NCBI RefSeq assembly: GCF_902652985.1
Contig: NC_047024.1
Span: forward strand, 29,140,001 to 29,204,000
Reading direction: 5' to 3'
DNA length: 64,000 nucleotides
From: Pecten maximus
Lineage: Eukaryota
Notes under the pieces: generated by a model
What the model was told of the DNA's origin: nothing
What the model saw: the letters and a program-made list of their open reading frames with translations, nothing else
The model's database searches: none
In this document: one piece after another, positions 53,168 through 64,000 of the stretch
How the letters are laid out: every line of letters begins with the position of its first letter
How positions within the stretch are numbered: position 1 is the first letter of the stretch
Position numbers and translations under genes: made by a program

Positions 53168-53779
53168 AAAGACACATATCTTAACTGTTAAATATATAAA
53201 CTGACTAATCCCTAACTAACCCCACATTATCTCAACAATCCTATGATTAATTTGGTATTTCCATGTGATATTGGTTAATTGTTAGTTAACTCATTATTCT
53301 AAAAATCGCTATTAGAAACGAATCGGTGGGTTTCGAACGAATTTGCTCTAAAGCATCCTTGTATGAAAGGATGAAGAGGGACAAAAAAATACTAAACTAC
53401 AATTAAAGATTACCGCCAAATGGAGGCTTCTGATTGACCAAAATTTCAATAATGTGTGATTTTGATGAAAATGTATGTACATTTGTGTTTTGTTATACAA
53501 TTCAATGGCAGTGTCAATTTGATGAAAAAACCAGAGAGCTGTCATTCATTTCCCTCTGATTAGCTGAAATCATATCCAGTTATAACTTTTGTTCTATTTG
53601 ATGACGATCAAAATGAAACTTGATGGGAGGGATAATAACATGACAATGTTAATTTTAAACAAAAAATACTTGCATATCCCATCCCGATTCTATTTTAACA
53701 TCCAGCAATTTGATTCTTTGACAGATTTTCATCAATCTTTTAACATATATATATTGGTAATGAGATAATGGTGCAAAGT

Positions 53780-54950
53780 TATGTACTTTTTAGTGGATTT
53801 AAAAATGTTAACGGCTTTGAAAAGAATTTTAGTTTCAGACTTGCTATACTGTTGTAAAAACGTTCTCTTAAAGGTTTTAGATCAAGTCTTTCCAATAAAA
53901 TATGTTTAACTGTAAACGGTTCGTTACATGCGATGTACTTGGGCTGTTCCTCACACTTCAGCAAGTATGAATGCGTTAAATATGTTCGATTTAATTGAGT
54001 GTATTTTATTGTCTACATATTAACTCCATGCATTTTGTCACTGTGATAATAAAAAAATAGTTATAAAAGTCCGCGAACGTATAAAATGAATGTGATGTTT
54101 GAATTTCTGCTTAGAAAGATGTGTCCATTAATCGACTTTTCTTAATGTTTATGTAACTATTGTCATATCTTGTGTTAACGACGGACGGACTTCTGATACA
54201 GTTCATGATTTTGCATATATTTCCAATATTAGTTTTTAAATGTTTATTGTTTAAGAAATATTTGTTTGACGGTATACGGTTCTTTACACTGAGACAGGTC
54301 TTCGCGCCTCAATAAGTAAGAATGCGTTCTATATATGTCATCTTAATGCCGGAAAGGACAACCTTGTCTCGGCAGCTGTCTCTATATGCAGGAAGCCATT
54401 CCCCAATAGTTGGTTTATTTGAGTGTAATTTGTCTACATACACATTTCGTTCATTTTGCCACCATGATGTTTATTTATTTACAAACGTTTTAAAAGGGTC
54501 AAATGAAGTTTTGTTGATTTAAGTGAAAATGTTGTTTTTGCGACGCGATCTGCTTTTTCATTACCGGGTACTTCTTTATGTCCAGGAGAAATATTACATG
54601 ACAACTCGAGGTAAGATTATGTGGTGTAATCATTTCTATTGCGAAGACTCTGTAATACAGATAAAGTCTAGAATAGATAATTTTGTTTGGTATGTCGTTA
54701 GCTTTGATATGTTCAAGTGTTTGGTTGATCGTATGAGCTTCTGTGGAGAATATCGAAGACAATATTGGAATATTAATCAGAAGCGAACATCCAAATGCTG
54801 CATTTGCCACAACCATGGATGCGGCTACGTTATGATTGTCCTTACAGCTATCAGTGTAGGATTAAGGTCACTGTATTGAGACTGTAGACGTAAGTCGTAA
54901 GATGAACGAATGGTATAGGAGTCAGTTCCGTGTTGTTGTTTTTTTCAGGT
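53780..54950 (-). mobile_element. Decayed I/Nimb-clade LINE remnants (RNase H and C-terminal Cys/His domain)
   Basis: SIFSTEAHTINQTLEHIK...IIYS (RNase H; ~54660-54780) and THSYLLKCEEQPKYIACNEPFTVKHILLE (C-terminal domain; ~53890-53975). Confidence 0.65.
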
Positions 54951-55889
54951 GAGAAGTATGTTCTTAAGTTGATTATGTTCGCACCTGAACCCTATATATT
55001 CTTTTGGATATCCATGTGGCTTCTCTCGATATATGTATATGACACCCGAAATAGCATGCCTCGATGGCGAGTGATAACTAATACGGCCACAGACTGGATC
55101 CCTGATTAATCACAAGACGCTGATATCTATTTTTTATTTTTTTATTTTCTAAAATAGAATCAAAGATGGATAGGCTGACATTTAAGTCAACATAAATTAT
55201 TACAGAATGTATGTATATTACCATCATTTTTATCAAAATCGATCTAAATGTAATAACAATATTCGTAATCAATTCCTAATAATCAATTGAAATCGACCAA
55301 GAAAAGATTGAACAACTGTATTTGTTCTGTTGTTTCCCTTGACAATGCCTCACATTTGGTCTTTATTTGAGTCTAAAAATGGCAGTTTTGAAATATCAGA
55401 CACCCCGTCACGATAAGTATGCAATTCCATATCGATCTGGCAAAGTACGTCAACACACTTATTAACAGTTTAACGGTACCATCAAAGTAGCATTTATCTC
55501 GTTCGTTTCATTAGTGATTGGATGTTTTTGTGTTGGCAATCCAACACACTGGGGACAATCATCACATCGATAGAAAACACTGTTCACAAAGCACACCTCA
55601 ATTCCCTGTATGAACAGACACGCTTGTAAATTTTCTCGGTGATGGATGGAATTGTAAGATAAATTCCCTATTTAAATGTTGGTCATTGAATTATACTATG
55701 TCTACAACATTAATGGATCTAGGTTTAATTACAATGCATACTATTTGCAATTGAAATGCATTGTCTGTATCTTGATATATCGATATAAAGGCATTAGATA
55801 TCCCTCCATCCTCCTTCGTATATATATTCACCAGAGACTGACCACTCACTTAAAAAGATTCTGACTCCTATATCTTTCGTTCATATTGT

Positions 55890-56170
55890 TTACGGCGGCA
55901 GTCAAAATGCACTTATGGAAACATCACGAGGTAGCTGCATCCATGCTTGCGACAAATGCAATCTTGGTATGCCGGTTTCCGAATGAGGTATCAATATTTT
56001 CTGCAGAAGCCCACGCTATCTACATGTACCTAGCACTTGGACATATTAAAGGTAACGAGTTACCGGAAGCAGTAATTTATTATGACTCTCTATACATCTT
56101 AAAGAGTCTTTGCAACAAACCTCTGGAAAATATCTCAAAAGGAAATGTACTTATTAAATTACAGAATCCT
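55890..56170 (+). mobile_element. Decayed LINE RNase H fragment
   Basis: RFPNEVSIFSAEAHAI..LALGHIK...VIYYDSLYILKSL matches the non-LTR RNase H pattern SIFSAE..A...AL...IYSDS. Confidence 0.7.
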
Positions 56171-56171
56171 A

Positions 56172-59100
56172 TTTATTTGTGATAACATGGTCCAGTATAC
56201 TGGGTTAATTTGTTATAACATGGTCCAGTATACTGGGTTTATTTGTGATAACATGGTCCAGTATACTGGGTTTATTTGTGATAACCTGGTCCAGTATACT
56301 GGGTTCATTGTGATAACATGGTCCAGTGTACTGGGCTAACTTATGATAACATGGTCCAGTATACTGGGTTAATTTGTGATAACATTGTCCAGTATACTGG
56401 GTTCATTGTGATAACATGGTCAGTATACTGGGTTTATATGTGATAGCATTGTCCAGTATTCTGGGTTCATTGTGATAACATGGTCCAGTATACTGGGTTA
56501 ACTTATGATAACATGGTCCAGTATTCTGGGTTCATTGTGATAACATGGTCCAGTGTACTGGGTTTATATGTGATAACATTGTCCAGTATTCTGGGTTCAT
56601 TGTGATAACATGGTCCAGTATACTGGGTTAACTTATGATAACATGGTCCAGTATACTGGGTTCATTTATGATAACATGGTCCAGTATTCTGGGTTAATTT
56701 TGATAACATTGTCCAGTATTCTGGGTTGATTTGTGATAACATGGTCCAGTATACTGGGTTAACTTATGATAACATGGTCCAGTATACTTGGTTAATTTGT
56801 GATAACATGGTCCAATATTCTGGGTTCATTGTGATAACATTGTCCAGTATACTGGGTTAATTTATGATAACATTGTCCAGTATACTGGGTTTATTTGTTA
56901 TAACAAGGTCCAGTATACTGGGTTAATTTATGATAACACGGTCCAGTATACTGGGTTCATTGTGATAACATGGTCCAGTATACTGGGTTCATTGTGATAA
57001 CATTGTCCAGTATACATGGTTAATTTGTGATAACATTGTCCAGTATACTGGGTTAACTTATGATAACATTGTCCAGTATACTGGGTTAACTTATGATAAC
57101 ATGGTCCAGTATACTGGGTTAATTTGTGATAACATTGTCCAGTATACTGGGTTAATTTGTGATAACATTGTCCAGTATACTGGGTTAACTTATGATAACA
57201 TGGTCCAGTATACTGGGTTCATTTGTGATAACATTGTCCAGTATACTGGGTTTATTTGTGATAACATGGTCCAGTATACTGGATTAATTTGTGATAACAT
57301 GGTCCAGTATTCTGGTTTCATTGTGATAACATGGTCCAGTATTCTGGGTTCATTGTGATAACCTGGTCCAGTATTCTGGGTTTATTAGTGATAACATGGT
57401 CCAGTATACTGGGTTAATTTGTGATAACATGGTCAGTGTACTGGGTTTATTAGTGATAACATTGTCCAGTATACTTGGTCCATTTGTGATAACATGGTCA
57501 GTATACTGGGTTAATTTGTGATAACATAGTCCAGTATACTGGGTTAATTTATGATAACATGGTCCAGTATACTGGGTTAATTTGTTATAACAAGGTCCAG
57601 TATACTGGGTTTATTTGTTATAACAAGGTCCAGTATACTGGGTTAATTTATGATAACATGGTCCAGTATACTGGGTTAACTTATGATAACATGGTCCAGT
57701 ATTCTGGGTTCATTGTGATAACATGGTCCAGTATACTGGGTTCATTTGTGATAACATGGTCCAGTATACTGGGTTAATTTATGATAACATGGTCCAGTAT
57801 TCTGGGTTCATTGTGATAACATGGTCCAGTATTCTGGGTTAATTTATGATAACATGGTCCAGTATACTGGGTTAATTTGTGATAACATGGTCCAGTATAC
57901 TGGGTTAACTTATGATAACATGGTCCAGTATACTGGGTTCATTTATGATAACATGGTCCAGTATTCTGGGTTAATTTGTGATAACATTGTCCAGTATTCT
58001 GGGTTGATTTGTGATAACATGGTCCAGTATACTGGGTTAACTTATGATAACATGGTCCAGTATACTTGGTTAATTTGTGATAACATGGTCCAATATTCTG
58101 GGTTCATTGTGATAACATTGTCCAGTATACTGGGTTAATTTATGATAACATTGTCCAGTATACTGGGTTTATTTGTTATAACAAGGTCCAGTATACTGGG
58201 TTAATTTATGATAACACGGTCCAGTATACTGGGTTCATTGTGATAACATGGTCCAGTATACTGGGTTCATTGTGATAACATTGTCCAGTATACTGGGTTA
58301 ATTTGTGATAACATTGTCCAGTATACTGGGTTAACTTATGATAACATTGTCCAGTATACTGGGTTAACTTATGATAACATGGTCCAGTATACTGGGTTAA
58401 TTTGTGATAACATTGTCCAGTATACTGGGTTAATTTGTGATAACATTGTCCAGTATACTGGGTTAACTTATGATAACATTGTCCAGTATACTGGGTTAAC
58501 TTATGATAACATGGTCCAGTATACTGGGTTCATTTGTGATAACATTGTCCAGTATACTGGGTTTATTTGTGATAACATGGTCCAGTATACTGGATTAATT
58601 TGTGATAACATGGTCCAGTATTCTGGTTTCATTGTGATAACATGGTCCAGTATTCTGGGTTCATTGTGATAACCTGGTCCAGTATTCTGGGATTATTAGT
58701 GATAACATGGTCCAGTATACTGGGTTAATTTGTGATAACATGGTCAGTGTACTGGGTTTATTAGTGATAACATTGTCCAGTATACTTGGTCCATTTGTGA
58801 TAACATGGTCAGCATACTGGGTTAATTTGTGATAACATAGTCCAGTATACTGGGTTAATTTATGATAACATGGTCCAGTATACTGGGTTAATTTGTTATA
58901 ACAAGGTCCAGTATACTGGGTTTATTTGTTATAACAAGGTCCAGTATACTGGGTTAATTTATGATAACATGGTCCAGTATACTGGGTTAACTTATGATAA
59001 CATTGTCCAGTATACTGGGTTAACTTATGATAACATGGTCCAGTATACTGGGTTCATTTGTGATAACATGGTCCAGTATACTGGGTTTATTTGTGATAAC

Positions 59101-60755
59101 CTGGTCCAGTATACTGGGTTAACTTATGATAACATGGTCCAGTATACTGGGTTAACTTATGATAACATGGTCCAGTATACTGGGTTTATTGTTATAACAT
59201 GGTCCAGTATACTGGGTTCATTAGTGATAACATGGTCAGTATACTGGGTTAACTTATGATAACATGGTCCACTATACTGGGTTTATTTGTGATAACATGG
59301 TCCAGTATACTGGGTTTATTGTTATAACATGGTCCAGTATACTGGTTTTTTTTGTGATAACATGGTCCAGTATGCTGGGTTAACTTATGATAACATGGTC
59401 CAGTATACTGGGTTAACTTATGATAACATGGTCCAGTATACTGGGTTAACTTATGATAACATGGTCCAGTATACTGGTTTTTTTTGTGATAACATGGTCC
59501 AGTATACTGGGTTAATTTGTGATAACATGGTCCAGTATACTGGGTTAATTTGTGATAACATGGTCCAGTATACTGGGTTAAATTATGATAACATCGTCCA
59601 GTATTCTGGGTTAATTTGTGATAACATGGTCCAGTATACTGGGTTAACTTATGATAACATCGTCCAGTATTCTGGGTTAATTTGTGATAACATGGTCCAG
59701 TATTCTGGGTTCATTTGTGATAACATGGTCCAGTATTCTGGGTTAATTTATGATAACATGGTCCAGTATACTGGGTTCATTGTGATAACATAGTCCAGTA
59801 TTCTGGGTTCATTTGTGATAACATGGTCCAGTATTCTGGGTTAATTTGTTATAACATGGTCCAGTATTCTGGGTTAACTTATGATAACATGGTCCAGTAT
59901 TCTGGGTTAATTTCTTATAACATTGTCCAGTATTCTGGGTTCATTTGTGATAACATGGTCCAGTATTCTGGGTTAATTTCTTATAACATGGTCCAGTATT
60001 CTGGGTTAATTTGTGATAACATGGTCCAGTATTCTGGGTTAACTTATGATAACATTGTCCAGTATTCTGGGTTCATTTGTTATAACATGGTCCAGTATTC
60101 TGGGTTTATTTGTGATAACATGGTCCAGTATTCTGGGTTTATTTGTGATAACATGGTCCAGTATTCTGGGTTAATTTGTGATAACATGGTCCAGTAAACT
60201 GGGTTTATATGTGATAACATTGTCCAGTATACTGGGTTTATTTGTGATAACATAGTCCAGTATACTTGGTCCATTTGTGATAACATGGTCCAGTATACTG
60301 GGTTTATTTGTGATAACAGGGTTTATTTATGATAACATGGTTCAGTATACTGGGTTTATTTGTGATAACATGGTCCAGTATACAGGGTTTATTTGTGATA
60401 ACATGGTCCAGTATGCTGGGTTTATTAGTGATAACATGGTCCAGTATTCTGGGTTAATTTGTGATAACATGGTCCAGTATACTTGGTCCATTTGTGATAA
60501 CATGGTCCAGTTAACTGGGTTAATTTGTGAAAACATGGTCCAGTATACTTGGTCCATTTGTGATAACATGGTCCAGTATACTGGGTTTATTGTGATAACA
60601 TTGTCCAGTATACTGGGTTAATTTGTGATAACATGGTCCAGTATTCTGGGTTTATTTGTTATAACATGGTCCAATATACTGGGTTTATTGTGATAACATG
60701 GTTCAGTGTACTGGGCTTATTTGTGATAACATGGTCCAGTATACTGGGTTTATTA
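56172..60755. repeat. 33-bp satellite array (~4.6 kb, ~140 monomers)
   Basis: Consensus GATAACATGGTCCAGTATACTGGGTTAATTTGT with 32-bp variants. Core palindrome CCAGTATACTGG. Confidence 0.98.
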
Positions 60756-60759
60756 GCTT

Positions 60760-61040
60760 TCCTGTTTTAATGTGTTCTTTCACGTGTTGGTACAGATCAT
60801 TATCTCTAAGGCATTTCATACAACTTTCGTTTTCTTTATTTCCGCTGGACGTCCATGCTTTCCTGTTTATTTTTCTTATAATCCCCAACTATTAATAAAA
60901 AGTCTATGATAATTGTGTTGCTGATAACGTGATCACAAACTCTGCCTACTCGGCTGCTTTAGGGTATAAATCAGCTACTGCTATTAAGTCAATACTGTCC
61001 AACTGTGTAATTTCAGGTTTTAGCTCATCTAATTTATTTC
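60760..61040 (-). mobile_element. Decayed CR1/L2-like LINE AP-endonuclease fragment
   Basis: The minus strand reads NKLDELKPEI...DLIAVADLYPK and then GDY...WTS...CLRDNDLYQHVKE, resembling CR1 endonuclease motifs. Confidence 0.55.
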
Positions 61041-61253
61041 ACGGGCACTCGCCTCATCTGTCGATGGTAGTAGTCACGTGATAGTATATACAAATATTCT
61101 GAAGTATGATCAGGAAAAAACAATGAATCAATTGACTTATCAGAAATATTATATTTATTAGAGAGATAGAGAGAGGGGGTGACAAGAAATCATTTTGTCT
61201 TGCAACGTGTAAAGTGAAATGACTGAGGTTGTGTTTCCGGTCTTTCCCGACAC

Positions 61254-61428
61254 CTCTTGGTATGCGAGTTCGAAACCCACGTGGGGCAGTTGCCATGCCT
61301 AGTACTGACCGTATGTCGGTGGTTTTTCTCCAGGTATTCCGGCTTTCCTCCACCTCTAAAACCAGGCACGCCCCTAAATTACCCTGGCTGTTAATAGGAC
61401 GCTAAACAAAATAAACCAAACCAAATAC
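61254..61428 (+). mobile_element. 5'-truncated V-SINE-like element with 10-bp target-site duplication
   Basis: B box GAGTTCGAAAC, V-like GGTGGTTTTTCTCCAGGTATTCCGGCTTTCCTCC and an (AAACC)n tail. Flanked by TTCCCGACAC at 61244-61253 and 61429-61438. Confidence 0.8.
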
Positions 61429-62482
61429 TTCCCGACACAGACAACGCCAATTACACTATTTGCTAATTGCTATATTCAAATAGTACGTTTCGAAGGTGTC
61501 GTTTGGATAGGGAAGTACCCGAAACAGGACCCATAAATGATTTAAATATATCCAATAGATCCATTATTGATCTAAAATGCATATACAGTGTATGTAAATA
61601 ATCTGGATGAAGAGGACATTTTGGAGCAAGAACCTTTCAGACGAGGAAAGGGAGGGGGTTTAGAAATTATAGCTAGTCGAATCTTCCCGACCTTTCTTAG
61701 GAAATGTTGTGCAGCTTTGGCAATTTTTGTCAGCTGGAAAAACCGTTAGGATGGCCCTCACAAAAACATCTGCATGTACGTTGATAGGATCGTAGCACGA
61801 TAAATCAGCAACAGGCGTTCTTCTGAAAGTAATATATACATGTATACAATGGAAAAATAAGGAAAAAACGATAGAAATCGTCACAGGGATGCCCGCATTG
61901 ACAATCAGACGAATCTATGAGATAAGCTCTAAAATGGTCGTATTTTAGTAAACTTGCTCAATTTAGTTTTCTAAGGGCCATACTTGTGATTATATTATTT
62001 ACTGTCATAGATTTTTTTTTTTTTTTACATTATACCTCTAGATAGTGAGTTCTACTGGTGTTATTCAAGTGGTTTCCAAATAGAACGAAAGAAAGAGTTT
62101 TCTGACAGTTGTAAACGAAAATGTTTTTCTCCAAATGAAAATTATAAGGAGCTAGATCTACATTGACAAATAGTTGCCAGCTGAAGGGGACTATACTTTT
62201 TATTTATTTATTTACTAAATTCAAAAATCTATTAGGAATGACATTTTTTACAAAAAGATGATAGCTCAACTTGACTATAAATTAATGCAGTGTTCTGGTT
62301 TGCTTGGCAGATCCGCTTCACCGCAGGAACCCTTGACCTGCCGAGATATATAAACTAGTTACTATTTTGTCGTTACCACGCATCAAGCTAACAAATCTTC
62401 GCATGTGTTACGGTAAACCTGTATAAAGGGAAGTAACTCGCGAACACATTGCACAAACACGATTCTCAGGCTGTTGTCCAAC

Positions 62483-62611
62483 ATGGCTGAAGCTGTCAAG
62501 GAACCGCTGTATTTTGATCAAAGTATAGACGAAAGCAAGATAGAATCGGCTGGATTTGAAGCCCTGAAAAAGGTGCGACCACAGTGGGATCCGACAGGTG
62601 TAAAATCAAAG
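62483..62611 (+). CDS. ETNK1: Ethanolamine/choline kinase, coding exon 1
   Basis: ATG (AACATGG) MAEAVKEPLYFDQSIDE...LKKVRPQWDPTGVKSK, 43 codons, then the donor AAG|GTGAGG in phase 0. The RPxW motif matches ETNK N-termini. The symbol is family-level only. Confidence 0.8.
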
Positions 62612-63881
62612 GTGAGGTCACGTGGCATCGAATTTTGTTTATCTGATGTCGACTGCTGTACAAGTACAATCATCCGATGTACCGACCGGCGGTCGATAGC
62701 TTAAGAGTATCTCTAATTTTACCATATATACATGTATATGGTAGTATATATACTCACTAGCTTGTTGATATTTCCATTCACAGCGTGTGTGTCTGATAGT
62801 GTGTTTTCTGTAAGGTCTGTCTGTGTAAGCTAACGATCATTTTGTAATAGGCGTAGATAATTTGGCTAGATAGTTTACTATATAAGCTACTTTCCCTTTG
62901 ATCATTTTGGCCGTTGTATGTTCAACTGGTAGGCCATTGGGTACGATGTCGTAAATCGGTACCGTAAATACGCTTCAAACACGCACTCATGCATGCACGA
63001 TCTGATTGCTCGTACTCTATAGAAAATATTGGGAAATTAGAAAATAATTTATATTCAAATCCATGCTGTAATAGATTGTGGTACGTTAAAATTATGTATT
63101 TTCAGTTTTGTTCATGATACAATTTACTCGTAAAAAGAAGCTTGATATACACATAGAATTGTACATGTCAATATTTATCAAATAACAGTACTGTAAATAA
63201 CAGAAGACCCTTTAAATCTATTATTGTAGTATATATTGTCTTTGACTTCACTTATCAAGGACATACAATGTAATTATTTTAATTACTTTGAGTCAACATT
63301 AAAAATCAATTTTAAATTCCAAGGGAATAATTAAATTGCTTGCTAGTATAAACTTAAACCAGTACATTTAGTAATAGTTTAAGTATTTGACCTCATATGA
63401 CCTTATAACTCCAAATGACCTCTTGATATATATGTGGACAATTAACTGCAGTTAAGTATATAAGCTGTTAGTAATGTACAAATGTACATGTAGATCTTGG
63501 TCCTTAATTTAAATCCTGTTATGCAAAAAACATGCCTTCCTTTTGGTTTTACCCATTTACTCATTTATATACATGTTGATAAAGCTAAGGTACATGCTGT
63601 TTTAAAAATAAGTTTCATTTCTGGTCGAGTTATGTGTAAAACAATAGATTTAAAAGAAGAAGAAAAAAAACCTGGAATTATAAATAATTGCCATTTGTAA
63701 AATTTATTTTTGAAGTTTAAGGTTTGAAATTATGCAAATACTTAATTCTAAGGAGTATATGTTTATGTTATATAATACCGTATTCGACCCAAAAACATGC
63801 CCTTTAAATTCCAGCTCTAATATTAATATAAGATTCAAAGCTACATTTGTTAATTTTTCTGTTTTTATTGTGATGTTTTAG

Positions 63882-64000
63882 GTTTTAAGTGGTGGAATTA
63901 CTAATAAGTTAGTGTGTTTTTATGAAGATGGAAAATTTGGGGAAGACACAATTGTTATCAGAGTTTATGGACAAAAAACTGATTTGATCATTGACCGAGA
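63882..64000 (+). CDS. ETNK1: Ethanolamine/choline kinase, coding exon 2 (runs off window)
   Basis: T-rich acceptor TTTTAG| then VLSGGITNKLVCFYEDGKFGEDTIVIRVYGQKTDLIIDR, matching the ETNK GITNKL...RIYG.KT.L.DR signature and in frame with exon 1. Confidence 0.88.

Noticed and set aside
56172-60755. 11-aa repeat protein (DNMVQYTGLIC)n
   Set aside because: Frequent 32-bp monomers break the frame, and there is no signal peptide or splice context. The open frames follow from the 33-bp period.
60770-60795. Continuation of the RNase H (WVPSHVG-like CVLSRVG) after the 33-bp array
   Set aside because: It needs three substitutions, and the same bases are better explained by the minus-strand CR1-like YQHVKE motif.

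Overview
This is AT-rich eukaryotic DNA. The SINE families and the intronless Cys-loop receptor expansion suggest a bivalve mollusc (inference). Left to right: (1) the 5' half of an intact DIRS/Ngaro-type retrotransposon with gag(CCHC) fused in frame to RT, on the minus strand and running off the window; (2) two TIR/hairpin elements; (3) a 16-kb satellite of ~400 x 40-bp monomers, mostly carrying CACGTGAC, with higher-order structure; (4) five single-coding-exon, cation-type nAChR-like genes in mixed orientation, one cut by an assembly gap and one frameshifted; (5) a fold-back Tc1 element (two inverted 1118-bp left ends, one full and one truncated transposase) inserted just upstream of the frameshifted receptor; (6) decayed LINE/SINE fragments and a 4.6-kb 33-bp satellite; (7) exons 1-2 of an ethanolamine/choline kinase. 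Two candidate systems stand out. The first is a receptor repertoire that has lost the acetylcholine-binding residues and diversifies its ligand domain while its pore-coding DNA is homogenised, resembling cephalopod chemotactile receptors. The second is a hairpin-forming Tc1 with the architecture of a Mu killer-type silencer locus. All alignments and counts were done by eye.
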